Source: Phyllosticta citribraziliensis
Taxonomy: Eukaryota
Direction: 5' to 3'
NCBI RefSeq assembly: GCF_038025025.1
Contig: NW_027117353.1
Span: forward strand, 248,001-312,000
Length of the DNA: 64,000 bases
Part shown: piece by piece, positions 27,691-41,476 of the stretch
Numbering within the stretch: the stretch's first letter is position 1
Layout: every line of letters starts with the position of its first letter
Translations under genes and position numbers: made by a program
The notes under the pieces: generated by a model
Database searches by the model: none
Seen by the model: the letters and a program-made list of their open reading frames with translations, nothing else
What the model was told of the DNA's origin: nothing

Positions 27691-28562
27691 GATGATTAGA
27701 GGACCGGGAGGCGGGGAGACGGCGGATGCGGTGAGAGCGAGCAGCGCATGTCATTCAAGACTTGGCCGCAAGATTGGGCACGGAGGCGTAAACGAGGAGG
27801 AGACTGGCGGAGCGGTGAGGCAGCAGGAAGATGGTCGGGCGGGATGAAGGAGAGGTGCCGAGGGTTGGTGGGTCGGTTATGGAGGAATTCTGCACCGGTG
27901 GGAAAGGTGAGAGGGGCGAATTTGGAGGCTGCGTGGTGAGTGGGAGAGGAGAGGTGGTGGTGGTGGTGGAGGAGGAAGTGGTGATGGGTGCCGACTGACT
28001 GACTGACGGTTCAGTTGCTTGGCAGGTGACGGGCAGACCAGCGTTCAGGTTCCGTTCGCCTTCTGTTCCCTCGCGTTTCAAATTGCTGCGGGCAGGGATC
28101 ACGCCCTCGCCTGCGGAACGCGTCGATCATGTCAGGTGACGAGATAATCCCAGGTCCCGTCCGCAACGTGCGATAACCAACGAACCCAACACCCATCCAA
28201 ACCAGGTACACACTCGTCTCCCTCTCCGCATGTCTCTCTTACGCGTGCGGTCTCAGTCTGGCTCCGCACCCCAGAAACAGTGCGCTCGGCTTGCCGCTAC
28301 CTTACGCCCATCCAATTACGTGACGTATCGCTGCCGCCCTGTTTCGGACAAGCGCCTGCCTGGTTGAGCCCGCAACTCCACTTCAGCCCTGCCGTTCCGT
28401 TAGCTCGCTGGCCCGCACCCCCCTCCCCCCACCTGCTGCGCTGCGCTGCTCCAACCACAGGCATCCTTGCCCGACTCTCCACCTGGCACTCTCAAAAGAC
28501 GCCCTTTCACCATCCCAATCTATCAATCCTCGCTATTCTCTCCTCTCCCGCTACTCCACACC

Positions 28563-28982
28563 ATGTCGCCTTCGCCGCCCGCCAAAGGCCCCGGTCTTGC
28601 TCAAGCTCCCGACAAGCCCCGCCTGACCGAGGAGGAGAAGAAGAGCAACCACATTGCCTCTGAGCAAAAGAGGCGCCAGGCCATCAGGCAGGGCTTCGAC
28701 CAACTCGCCTCCATCGTGCCCGGCATGGAGGGCCAAGGCCGCAGCGAAGCCGTCGTCCTCGAAGCCACCGTCAAGTACATACGCGAACAGTACGCCGAAC
28801 AGTTTAGGCTTGGTCAGATCGCCGCCGCCAAAGGCATCAACCCCACTTCCGTTCCAGGCCTGCCCGAGACCTATCGCGACACCATTGGCGGCCAGACCTC
28901 CAAGGACGCCGCTCTCGCCGCCATGCAAGCAAACCAATCCAACGACGCCTCCTCGGCCCACGAGAATGGCAACGGGATATAA
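28563..28982 (+). CDS. Small bHLH transcription factor, Ino4-like
   Basis: RLTEEEKKSNHIASEQKRRQAIRQGFDQLASIVPGMEGQGRSEAVVLEATVKYIR basic-HLH; ATG at 28563. Confidence 0.85.
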   Translation: MSPSPPAKGPGLAQAPDKPRLTEEEKKSNHIASEQKRRQAIRQGFDQLASIVPGMEGQGRSEAVVLEATVKYIREQYAEQFRLGQIAAAKGINPTSVPGLPETYRDTIGGQTSKDAALAAMQANQSNDASSAHENGNGI

Positions 28983-30326
28983 AGACGGAAAGAAAGACAA
29001 GTTTGCTACAGTCATTCTAGCGAAGAAGCTCTTGTGAATCGTTTCCTGCCTTGTCAGCCAGTTGCATCGCTTAATCTTGTCAACCCGCCCAACCTGCACC
29101 TCCATGGCCAACCGAAACTGCTTGTCACGCACAGGACGGCAGATCATGTCAAGGTATGGTTGACAACAGGTCCCAAAACATGGAAACTTGTTTGAGCGTT
29201 CCACATCATAATGTTAACCCTGATGGCCCTGCAGCCACGAACGAGGCCCTGATAATTGCACGGCTCTCTTGCCTCCAGGCAGACCACGCTTCATGCATCC
29301 CTCGACAAGGCAGACGGGCGCTCCGAACTCCGCGCTTGCTGTTGCGAGGCGATTCGCAGCTATGACTCCGGCACCCCCCATAACGCAACTCTCCAACCAG
29401 GCCGCTCCAGACGTGTGCCGCGTTGGCTGCCCTCGGGGGTGAGCCACAACATTGGAGTACGTGCCCATCGTTTCCACTTCTCCTTTCAGTCTGCCTTCCG
29501 GTTTTGCATCGTCGATCTCGCGTTGGCTTCTTTACATGAGCACGGATTGGATTGTATTGGATGGGTGGGAAAAAACGGGGGAAAACTCGTGGTTTAGAGA
29601 AGAGAAAGCAGTAATGGATGACGGTCATTTTTGCGACGTTATGCCGCCGACCTGACATGTTCGGCCCAAACCTGCCTTGGCTACTACCTGTTGTCAATTG
29701 CGCACCTGAGACAATTGGCTGTCTGCCAGTGAAAGAAAGAGTGCGTGATGTGAGACTCGCTGTCTGTCTGTCCAGGTAGGTACGGGGGACACATAGAACA
29801 AGCTCAGGGCAGACGAGTCCGTCCCGTATACTCAGCAGAACCTGCAGAGCCAGCAGCGATGACAATAGAAACCCAGGCACGCTTCGCACTGCTATCTTTC
29901 TTTCTTTCTGTCCTTGCTGCGTCTGCCAACGCAGCGACGTGAAGAGAGGCTGGCAGGCTGACAGACAGACAAATACATGTCAAATACATGTAGGCATGCC
30001 ACATGATGGTACACGCGCATGGAACGTAGTGTTCAGTCTTTATTTCCTCTCCCTGCCTCTGACCCCCCCTCTCTCTCCCGTTTTAAACCCCCCGCCTATC
30101 CACACGCTCAAAGTAAAATAAGGTAGGTAGGTACCTAGGCTCAACTGTCTGCCCTCTGGCCTCCCTCCCCCTCCCCCTCACCCTCCCAGTCCACCAACAA
30201 CCAACAACCAAAGGAGAGATAACAGGAAAAAAAGAAAAAACGCCTCGAGCGCCACGCTGCCATACCTATGTAGTGTGTGAGTGATTAAGTGAGCGATCGT
30301 ACCTGCCTACGTACCTGCCTGCCTGC

Positions 30327-32387
30327 CTATGCCATACCACAGCCGCCCATCTGCGCATCTTCTGCCTCTGCGTCATCGCCATCGCCATCGCCTTCTCCAT
30401 GCTTCCTCTTGCCCCTCCGCGCCGCGGATTCACCGGCGGCTGTGGTCGCTTCGTCGCCACCACCGCCACTACCGGAACCTTCGCTCTGTTCTGCACTCTT
30501 GCTCTTGCTCTTGCTCTCCTTTTCTTTTGCCTCTGCCTCTGCTGCCGCGCCCACCTCCTCATTGTCAACGGCGTCGACGTCGACGTCGTCTTTCTTCTCC
30601 TGCTCTTCGTCCTTCCCCTCCGCTGCCGCCTCGCCTGCCATGCCGTCAAACTGCGTCGTCTCCTCTCCTCGCGGCAGCATCTCCCAGTCGTCGTCGACGT
30701 CGTCGGCGCTGCTCACGCCGCCAAGGGCTTCAGCGATGGGTTGCGCAGAAGTCGAGGTGGGATCCGCGTCCATCGTGTCCAAAGACTCTGCCTGGGCCGG
30801 TGTCTGTTGGTCTCCTTGCGGCCCTGCTGAAGACGACGCCGACGGCTCCGCTGCGGTGTCGCCGTTATCGGCGTCCTTCATCTCCTCCTCTCTACTACGG
30901 CCTTGCGCCTCATCGTCCTTCGCGCCCTCACTCTCCTGACTCCCCTCGCCGCTCCTCTCCGAATGCGGCGCCGGCCGTCCAACAGCTGCCTCCATGTCGA
31001 TGCTCCGGGCCAACGCGCCACCCTGCTGCGGCCCCATGTCCTCCATGCCAATGACGTCTGGACCACGCGCATGCGGCGCATCTGTATCTTCTACGGGCTC
31101 GCCTTCAGCGTGTGGCTCCGACTGGTGGTCTGGGTTCGGCTGTTGAGACGCGGCCAAGAGGCCCGAGGAGCGCGTGACGGGGCGCGAGGAGGTGCTGCCA
31201 GATGCGCCGCTTGCCGCAACCGTGACGATGCCGGCCTCTTGCTCCTGGCGCAACAGCTCGCCCTGTGTGATAGGCCCGGTGTCGCGAAGGGCGTCCGGGG
31301 CAGTAGCCGTGGCATTGGCGTTGGCGGCACCAGATGTAGAAGACGGGGAATCAGCGGCGTTGTCGGGAGAAGGTGAAGTGGACGTGGTGGAGGCTGGCGC
31401 CGAGGTTGTGGTCCCCAGGACGCCATTGACGACGGAGACGGTTTCGATGCGTCCGGTGCCGTTTGGACCGTCCACCATCTCCGTCGATTCGGAGACCAGC
31501 TCGCTGGCGCTATTGCCCGAGCGATCATTCTCAGGTCGCAGCCAAGGGATGGGAGTCAGAAGAGCACCGCCCAAGCTGTCGTCACTGCCCAGACTCGGCG
31601 AAGATCCAGCACTGGGGGAGCTCAGGTTCGCGGAGCCCGGCGTGACGCCATTGAGTATCGTGGAACCGGACGAAGGCACCGTGGTCTGCGGGAGAGGAAA
31701 GACGGTCGTGGGAGAAGAGACGGTGACGACGCGGTCGAGCGCGCGGAGGTACGAGGGAAGGAAGCGGTAATGTGCCCTGGGAGACATGACCAGCTCGGCC
31801 AGACGCTGGAGAGTGTGCGGGGGATGCTGAGGAAAGTTTTTGTTGAGGTTGAACACAATCGATGTGTAGAGCTCGTGGAGTTCCGGCGGCAGTATCGCGT
31901 CGTCTGATGCTTGAGCGTCGCCGTCAGCCTTTTGCGACCCACCACTGCCTTCGTCTGATGCTCCTCCTCCCGGCGGCGCATTCTCATTGTCGGTAGCTAT
32001 GGATTCTCCCGCAGTCTCAGGTTTGCTCGGGGTGGATGAACGGTCGCGCGCAGGCTCTGTGTGCGGTGCCGGGGCCGTAGGGATAGGAAAGTGGTTGTGT
32101 ACTATCTGGACAGACGGTGAGCAAGCGCATCGAGGTAATCGTCGGAGCCATGTTTGAAGTCGCGTACGTCGTCAAGTCTAGGCAGGATGAACCGCAAAGC
32201 ACGGGGCCAGTCTTCGCTGCAGCATGGTCAACACGGCGTTAAGCACGGGGCTGCGGTGAGGTGAGGCGACGTACGGCACCATGGAGCCATCTTTGGCAGC
32301 CTGCTCCAACAGCTGCTCAGCTGTGGGCGACGTTGTCAGCTGAGGCGCGCGAATCGAGCAGACGGAACTGAACGTACCAGACAGCAT
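30327..32387 (-). CDS. Protein phosphatase 4 regulatory subunit R2 (PPP4R2/Psy4-like), 4 exons
   Basis: FPQHPPHTLQRLAELV..P..HYRFLPSYLRALDRVVTVSS motif and long acidic tail. Three small 5' exons (MLS|AEQLLEQAAKDGSM..|EDWPRALRFILPRLDD|IVHNHFP). Confidence 0.8.
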
Positions 32388-35300
32388 GGTAGAGGTTGGG
32401 CGTGAAGCGCGACAAATACGTGGAATGAATGGAAGGCGCGGTGCGTGGGAGCGTGTTGATGCGCGTCGGGTGTTGATGTCAACCACAGATGATCCGTAGG
32501 CCGAGCGAGGCTCTCGGAGCTGGCAGGACAAGGTCCAGACTGGTTGATGAATCAGATCATCTTATCTGCCGCTAGGCCGATTCGGGTAGGTGGCGTTGTC
32601 AAACTACCCCAGGACGTTGACCATTTTCTCCAGTCGCATAAATAACTCGTCATGGATTGAATTACAAGAGACCAGTTTGTCTTTATCCTTGAACCATCTC
32701 TAGTCCGTTGGTCGGATTTTGCTGCAGAAATTGTCTCGAAGCGGGACCAATGCTAAATGTCGGGGTAGATCTGAAGACATCGCTGCAGTATTTCAGACCA
32801 GGACTGCCCTTTACATAACCTGATTCAAAATGCCCAATGTGTATGCTCTATAGCTCTATATAAATGGCTTCGTACGGATAGCTAAAGGAATCATCCCCAA
32901 CCGCCCTCTTTGAACTGCCTGGCACTGTGGGCGACCTCGATACAGCAGATACATAGCACCCACTATCTACACACTGTCTCAGAACTCACACAGGCCATCC
33001 TGTACATATATCCAGAGCGAGTGCCATCCACAAACAGGCAGCCCAGCTCGAGCTCACCCCACAAGCCGTTGGCCCCGCAGCCACGGACAACGCACGCCCA
33101 CCACGAGCAAGCGGCCAAGACCGGAGCGACAGACGACCGGACGAACGACAGGTCATGTTTCCAGATCGGGCCGGCTCGGCAGGTGCGTGGCGTTCCAAGT
33201 CATACATGACAGACCAATGCCTCTGCTGAGTGTCGCATGTTTTCATATGGTAAAGACGGGGCGGGCGAAAAATGGCGGTGCGGGGAGGGGGCGAAGCGGG
33301 ATTAGGCTGGACCCTTTCGACGCGACGGCTAGACGAGGCGACGGGCAGCAGATGCAACGAGACGGTGCGGCTGGTGGGTGCGTGGATAAATGCTCCGCTG
33401 GCGGGTTCGCGCTGTGAACGGACAGATGAGAGGCGGATGAGGGTGGTGTGTTGCTGGGTAAGTGCAGATGCCGTGCGACGGTGGATGGGATGGGTGGGTG
33501 CAGTGGTGCCGAATGTGGCATTGTGCGAGGGTTACGCCGCGGGTAGGTGGGGGTGAGGTGAGGTGATGTTTGCTGTGGGCGAGGGGAAATGGGCCGAGGG
33601 CGGAAACAAGGGGTGTGTAGGAAGAGGGGATTTTGCCTTGACACCAAAATTAGCTTGTTGATGATGGGGATGTCGGAAGATCAACCTCGATCTTTGGGTT
33701 GAAAGAGTTGAAGTGTAGAGCATCATGCGTGCTGAAAGAAAACCGCATTTGAGTGACCTGAGGTTGCATCCGCGGTTCAACGACGGTGCAGCGAAAACCA
33801 GAGTGTGACTTGGCGGTCCGGCAGCACAGCAGTACCACGTGTGCGCCGTATAACTAGGCAATGTATGCACAGCATGAGAGCCCAGGCACACTCATCCAGA
33901 GTCCTCGTCATCCTTCTTCTTCGCCGCCCATGTTTCGAGCACGCAATGCCCGCACTCTGACCAGCGGCCTGACGCCGATGTCTGCACGTCATAACGCCCA
34001 AGTCCATGCCGACGTCTGTTGCCGTCCTGCTGCAGGCACGGCTCTCGAATACGAGATGAAGTGCGAGGCTGGGCTCTGCGTGCTGAGCTGAGACGTCGAT
34101 AATATTTCTGTATCGCACTGCTGGTGCCTCGTGGCAGAGACAAGAGAGATGGAGGGAGAGACAGACAGGGCTCTGGGTCCGGCTGGAAGCCAAAGGCGAG
34201 CCCGAATCGAGCGTCGCACAAACGCCTACAGAGAAACAATGCAGTGGCTTTATCTCAAGGGTCTAGCCACGAGCAATCCGCAGTCAAATGTTGCTGAAGA
34301 CGTCTTCGTCCTTCTTCATCGGGATCTTTGCCTTGAGCTCCGCCCAAGAACCCCCGCAGCTCTCGCTTTCCCCTGTTATGCATTTTTATGGCGCAGCGAA
34401 TACCTAAGCGACGGGATAGAACAAGGGGCGATTCTGCGTGGTGCTTGGATCCGGCCTGTCCCGGCACAACTTCAAGGGAAAGAAGCGGAACGACCGAGAA
34501 AGACTCATCCCGACGGTGAAGGAAATTCCAGGGCGATGATGGCGCGACGGCTCTCGGACTAGGTATGCCCCTCGCGAATTTCTCCGTCGGCGCAATGTTT
34601 AAGGGGATCGATCGAACCCTTACTTTTTCAGCAAAAGAAAAGAAGTATGGAAACAGAAACACGAAGCAAAGAATCAAAAGAGCAGCCTGGCCAGAGAAGA
34701 GCTCCCAGAGAGATGAGAAGCTTACGTCACGCATCTACCTTCGATCCCAACTTGTGCTGTACAGGTTTTTTTTCTTTTTTTTTTTTCCTGCGAGACAAGA
34801 CAGGATGTTGGCCGTCATCGTATCTTGCATCCAATGTCGGTGCTCGAGCCGGGCTGCGGGAAGTGGGCTCGTGTGGGGAGCGGCGATTGGAATTGGTTGT
34901 GGGGGATTTGATTGCTTTTCGTGGCGACTAGAGATTGAGCAAAGCAGCAAAGGTTTGCGGGAAAACCAGGCATATGTCGACAAACGGTGATCGGCTGCGA
35001 CTAGAGGAGATTAAACCAAGAAATGCGCCGATGGGACAAGGCCAGAACTTTGTGGCCTTGAGCGTTGAGGAGACGGAGGCTCGACTCACCGCTAAGTGTT
35101 GACGGCAAAAGAAGAGTTGACTAGCGGAATGTGCGTCTCGAGGCAGGCAAAACAAGAGCCCAACAACGCGTCTGTCTCTTGTGCGTGCAGCTATGGCGCA
35201 AGCGAGGTGCTCATTAGCAGCATCAATCAATCTCATTCCGTTGCGCGTAGGGCAGGGCAGCTTGGATCAGGCACGCGCTAGGGCATGGCCGACGGCTGTT

Positions 35301-38300
35301 GATGATCAGCTCGCTCGCTCGGTTCCATTGTTGCACGTCCATGGGTCGTATTTGCGAGCCAGCCGGCCAGCCAGCCTTGGTGTCAGGGAAATGAGGAATC
35401 ACCAGAACCAAGTCGAACAAAGCGGGAGCCGTCATCAGCCAGCGAGGTGAGGTGTTGGAAGCCAGAAATGGCACAGGAACCAGCGGAGGCGGCGGGAAAA
35501 GGACAGGGACAGGGACAGGGGCAGGGGCAGGATCGTGCCATGCCGCCCGCTGGCCCTCTTTTGTTCTCTCCCGGTCGCGCCGCCTTGTCTGTCCAACGTC
35601 GCGTCAGGTCGCGTAGTGCGTTGCCCGGTCCCGGGAAGCCGTCGAGCGAGCCGCGCATCTTGCCCTGCGCGCGATACCTCCAGCGACCCTTCCAAGAAAC
35701 CAGAAGAAAGAAAAAAATTCGTCTCCTTCGCGATTCAAGCAGCCAATACTCCAAGACTGCCCGCATGGCAGAGCAATGCTGGGCTCCAATTTCAGTTAAG
35801 CTTGTACGCTTGCTCGAGAACGGCATACCCCAGACAGGTATCCCACCTAGGCTCCATGACACTCGTACTGCCTTCTTACCGCTCCGCGGCTCGTCGGACA
35901 CCGCAGCGCTCCGCACCGCCGCCCGCCGCCGCTGCCCACGCCCACGCCCACGGTCCGCTTGCGGCCATGAATCAACAGCCTGAGACTCACCGACCAGCGC
36001 TCAAGCACGCGTTCGCGTTGCGGTCCTGCCTGCGGCGGTGAAGCCCGTCTACCCGCTCTTGGATTTTAGTACTAGCCGCTGTCCTGCGACCTCACTGCTT
36101 GGTGCTAATTATGGCCGGAATTTCGAATTCTGAGAGGCGCCATGAGCGTCCCGCTCCGCCTTGCTGCCAGCCACCGCACTGCCACTCGATGCCCATGCCA
36201 CTCACTGCCACTGCCACTTCCAAATCGCTGCCACCTCCGCATCGCGAGCCATGGGCACCGACACCGGCTTTGCATTGCGATAAAGAAGCCTCTGGCGAGA
36301 AGAGCGGTGTCGGTATCGGCGTCGGTGTCCATGTTGGTTGGTGTAGGGACCAGCCTGGACCGGGGAAGTGTCGCGTTGCGTCGCATCCGAGTCGGGGTCG
36401 GTAGATGGGGCGCGGCGGGGCGGATGTGGTGCCATTCGTCTGCTATGGTCGTCCATGCCCGCTGGATTAAGGGGTCGTCGTGTTGGTTGGTGAGCTGAAT
36501 GGCGGACAGGACACGAGGTGGGATGACATGAGACTTTGCGCTTGGTTTGAAACTCGCTGCGCTGCGCTGCGCTGCGTCGATAAGGGAGAGCGCTGGAGTC
36601 GAGACTCTTGTGTGTAGTCCTGCAGGTGTATTTGGGGGTTTGAGAGAGCACTAGAATAGCGTTCAATTCCCACAAAGCAAAGCTAGTATTCTTATACAGT
36701 TCATGGCAAGCTCTGAAAAGGGTCCTTCTTGTGACGACACATGCGAAACAAGTGATGCCGAAGCACATGAGCGCCGAGGATTCCACATCGCAGTCCTCCG
36801 CATCGGACCCGCCGCCTCTTGTGTCCAAGGAACTAACGGGGTCTTCCCACGGCAACGCCAAAACAGCACAAGAGATCGACGTGTAGGCCGACCGAACGAT
36901 GCGCAACCAAGACAAAGCTAAAGGGCGCTAATCGCAACTACACCATGTCGGCAGCAGCACGCGTTGCAGAGACGGACAGACGGCGTCGGGAACGTGTTTG
37001 GGTGGTTGCCGCGGCTGGGCAAGCTGGTGGTGATGTATAGTACATGGTTCGGACGGAGAGATTTGCTTGTGACATGTAGCAGGAGGTATTTTTTGAAATG
37101 GTGGAGAAACCAGACGGCTTAAGCAAACAACGGCAGCGCGGATCAACAAGAAAAATGTCAAAGAAGCAACAAAGACGAGTGGCAATGACGTAGAATGGAT
37201 TTTGGTAGCGCTGACAGGATGAAGTTTACTGTTGACGGTGTTTCTAGTATCGGCTGCCTAGGTTTCGGGGACGATCGGGGAGCGTGTGATGAAACGGACA
37301 AAAAAGGACATTAGTTTCAGCACCTCGCAGGGCAGGGCAGGGCAGCGCAGAGGGGGACGGAGGGAGGTGTGAGTGAGAGTGTGCAGTGGTTTTGAGCGGG
37401 GAAAAAGCAAAAGCAAGTAGGAGTACCTAGAATAGCGGCGGAGCCAAGGCACAAAAGGAGAAAGGTGTCGATGGCCGTTTGGTGACCTGAGACGGATAGC
37501 GTGAATCTGGACGAACCACGGTTCCAGAGGCCGTTGTGCAGAGCCAGTGGTGAAGAATATTGGCTGGTGGACTGAGGCCCTGGCTGGAGAGCTGAGGACA
37601 CGTGACGGTGAGGCGACGGGACCGGGAGGTGGTGTGGTGGGTGGGAAGACGGGTTGAAGGTGGTCGGGGACTTGGAGATTCTATGTATCCACAGTCTTTG
37701 CCAGTCTGCCTTTTCTTCTTGTCGTGCCTGTCCGTCCGTCTTGTTGTCGCCCTGGCTGCACCGTCTGGTCGAGTCAGCCGAAGAGGTCCAAGTCTGATCG
37801 GCAGGTGGAACGTCCCGCTTGGCTGGACTGTTCCCGCAATAGCCGCAGCCCGGCATGCAAGGATTACGACGTGACGGGACGTGTGAGTGCTTCATGTTCT
37901 TCAGGTCGGCGACGGGGCGAGGCTGTTGTTGGAGGGCGAGTTGAGGTGCAATTGGGCGGCCGTCGACTTCAGCGACAGTCTTCTCGTCTGATACATGCAG
38001 CTGGCGACGTTGTTCTCCGTGTGCAATAACAACCACCTTGACCATGGCAGGGAGCCGGCAGTTTGCCCTCTGGGCCCCTGTAATCCACCTCACCCATCCA
38101 GCTCGTGCGGGCACTGCGACTGCGACTGCGGTGCCACGTCCCTCCCCCATGTCGCATCCATGGCGACAATTCCATCCCATCGACCGACCGGCCGACTGAC
38201 TGACTGACGGACTGACTGCACCGATTGACTGATCCTGCCTTTTGCTGTCTCTCCCCCGCTCCACTCCTCACAAAGGACGGCCTCGTTTCGCGCCCTCCAC

Positions 38301-38745
38301 CCGTGGCTTGCACGCCCCAGCGCCTTCGCGTCCCGTCGGCCCTTTGACCTGACGTCTGTGACCGGCGCTACCACCGTCCAGTCCGCCTACGCCTACCTTG
38401 GCCACCTTACACACGTTCCTCGACCATCCATCTCCGACCCTCTCCGCATTCCTCACATCCACCACCACCGCCATTGCTACCACCCTCTCTCCCGTTGCTT
38501 GCGTGTGCATCGCACCAAGCTGCTCCCTCCACCCCACCCCACCACTACTTCGACCATAGTCACGCTGCCAACGCCTCAAACACGGCCCCAGTTTGTCTGT
38601 GCTGCTGCCCTCACGGGTGCGCCAGCTTGACGCCAACCTCTCACCACCTCCTTGTCGTCCTCAACGCGACCCTCTCCGCTCCGACTCCGACCCTCTCAAC
38701 CCTCGTCGTCGACGTCGTCGTTGTCCGTCACGCCTCGAGCCCACC

Positions 38746-41283
38746 ATGGCGTCTTCCTCCCACGCGGCTGCCGGCATGCTCCTCAGCGGGGCTCCGGATA
38801 CTTACATCGGCTCCAAGTCGATCCCTCCCGCCAGCAGAGGCAGACACGCCATGCAGCTCGAGCTGACCCAGGACGTCCTCGACGAACTCATCACCAGCAT
38901 CCGCAATGGCACTCCTCCGAAGCTGCTGCTCGGCCACAACCCGGTACGTCTTGCTGCTGCCCGTGTCGAACTCTTCTGACTGGAAAACTGTACAGGTCAT
39001 TCAATACGGCGACACAAAGCACATTCTCCACTCCAAGAACCAGATTGACCGCCCCGAACTCTATCTTTCCAACTCCGACTCGAGCGACGACGACGAGTTC
39101 CAAGGCCTCGTCAGCCGGTTCGACATGCACAGAGCCCGGGACAACACCGCTGGCTTCGATGCAGCCCTCGCGACCTTTAAGAACAATATGGCGGCCATGG
39201 ACAGAGAACGAGAGTCCAAAATGTACGCTAGCATTAAGACGGGCTCTTGTTACGCGAGTCGGGTAAGCTGACATCTTATGACAGGGTCGCCATCGCGGAT
39301 GCGAAAAATTCCCGTGCTCTGACCGACAAGAAGCGCATTCCAAAGAAATTGGCTCCGGGAGTCAACGTCTTTGGGGCCAAGATGGGCCAGTCCCGTCAGT
39401 CCAGCCCGTCGCTCGCCGCCGCGTCACCGTTGCCCGGATCTGCACCCACCTCCGCACCGCCCTCGAGCCGCATGTCTGCCCTACAAAAGGCCATCAAGGT
39501 GCCCATCTTGCACATTCTCGCCATCAAACCTACAAAGTTGGCCGACTTGCAGCGCACAACCCGTGCCCCAAAGCAAGAGCTCGCGGCCGTGCTTCAAAAG
39601 ATTGCAACCGAGAACAAAGATGGCGAGTGGGAGTTGACAGGCAAGTCATACAAGGAGCTCGATGTTTGGACATTTCCATACCGTTCCCAGGACGAGAGGC
39701 AAGCCGCCATTGACAATGCCATTCGTGCTTTCGACAAGCAGCGGTTGAGTCCGGAGGAGAAGATTTGGCAAATGCTGCTGCCTTTGGATGAAAGGGGCAA
39801 GGGCAAGACGCTTTCGAGGTTGACCATCGGCAAGCCCCGAGAAGTCTCCCAGAAGACAACGCCCACTGTTGGGCCCCTGAAAAATCTCAAAAAGATGCTC
39901 AAGGCACCGGCGAAGAAGGTTGAGCCCAAGAAGCGAAAGGCAGAGGAGAGCAAGGAGAGTGCTGTGCCGAAAAAGAGGGCCACAGGCACCAGGGAGGAGG
40001 TCAAGGAGCCGGCAAGGAAATCCGGAATCAAGACTGTCGAAGCAGACAAGGAAACAGCTGCACCAAAAAAGCCACTGGCCAAGTCAGCTAGTAAGGAGGG
40101 GACCGCGTCGAGGAGTTCGGGAAGGGAGACAGATGGCGACAAACCTGCTGCAACTCAACGAAAAACAACCAAGGCCGTCCCAAGTCAACGAGAAAACCCG
40201 CTTCCTGCGAAGCCTGCACCGTCGGTCTCGTCGAGAGATCAGCAGGAGGATGCTCGCAAGGCCGGCAACGCAAGTCAACGTGAAAGGTCGGACAAGACAA
40301 ATGGTTCTGAAGCGTCTGCATTTGCCTCCAAGAGCTCCAGTCAAAGGAGCACAGCTTCTAACGCCGGCACGAGAAAGGATATGAAGACGAAAAAGATGCA
40401 ATCCAAGATAAACGAGAGACCGTTCACATCGACCAAGAGGGTGCAGGACAACAAGCCAAAAAATCCGTCTCCTCTAGGAGCTTCTCCCCCAACCAACGCC
40501 TCGGATCTTGGCAAGGACCATCCGATGAACAAGAAACAGTTTGCGTCTTCGTCCACCAATGGCCGCGCAAACGAGGGTATGGCTCCTTCGCTCTCTCGCA
40601 GCGACGTCCGCCAGCCCGAGCGCACTTTCAAACGCAAGGCAAACGAGTTGGACGGCGACAGCAAGGCCGACGTCAGCGCCAAACCGCGCAAACCAGCTCC
40701 AGCAGCTGCGAATGGCACGAGCTCCAAGGCATCCGCTTCTACCATGACAACAGATGGACGCCTGAAGCGCAAGTCCCCAGATCCCGACACCGACGCGTCC
40801 AGATCTCATCCCCCCAAGCGCTTGGCCGCCCCCACCAAGCCCGCCTCCAACAACAGACAGGCGCCAACCCAAACACCGACACCAAACCACTCGGGCTCTT
40901 CGTCGGTGTCGTCAACAAGCTCATCATCACGGCCGCTCGCGGCGCTCTCGGCACGAGTCGGCGCGGCGTTTGGCAGCAGTGGGAGCAGCAGCAGCGGCGG
41001 CGGCAATGGCGGTGGTGCCGCGACGGCTTCACCCCAGTCGCTGCGCGATGACGGCGATGAGTCTCCTGAGCCAACGGGCCCGCTCGACCACTCGCACGTG
41101 GTGGAGATGTCGGCGCTATTCAAAAAGTATTACACGCGGTACTACGATCGGTACCAGCGGCTAGCAGACCGCGAGGAGCCACCTACCGAGGCCGAGCGGC
41201 GCGAGATTGAGACGATGCACCGCCAGCTGGTGCAGATGAAGCGTGAGATCTACTCTGGTGTGCAGGCGGCGCGGACAAAGTGA
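38746..41283 (+). CDS. RNA polymerase II elongation factor ELL-like protein (3 exons)
   Basis: Conserved-looking block PILHILAIKP...WELTGKSYKELDVWTFPYRSQDERQAAIDNAIRAFD and a C-terminal helical YYTRYYDRYQRL...MHRQLVQMKREI segment resembling the occludin/ELL domain. Introns about 38944-38995 and 39223-39284. Confidence 0.65.
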
Positions 41284-41294
41284 TGATCTAACGT

Positions 41295-41476
41295 GGAGCA
41301 TTCGCGCGGGTGCCAGAAGTGCGCCACACTGGGGAGCATTCGCGCGTGTGCCAGAGGTGCCCCTCACTCAGGAGCATTCACGCGCGTGCCAGAGGTGCGC
41401 TCCACTGGGGAGCATTCACGCGTGTGCCAGAAGTGCGCCATACCGGGGAGCATTCGCGCGCTGCTGGAAGCGCGCC
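41295..41476. repeat. 38-bp minisatellite, about 4.8 copies
   Basis: Units start at 41295, 41333, 41371, 41409 and 41447; consensus GGAGCATTCRCGCGNGTGCCAGARGTGCGCCNCACTGG. Confidence 0.95.

Noticed and set aside
41295..41476. CRISPR-like appearance of the 38-bp repeat
   Set aside because: Units are contiguous and similar along their whole length, with no unique spacers, no cas genes and a eukaryotic context.
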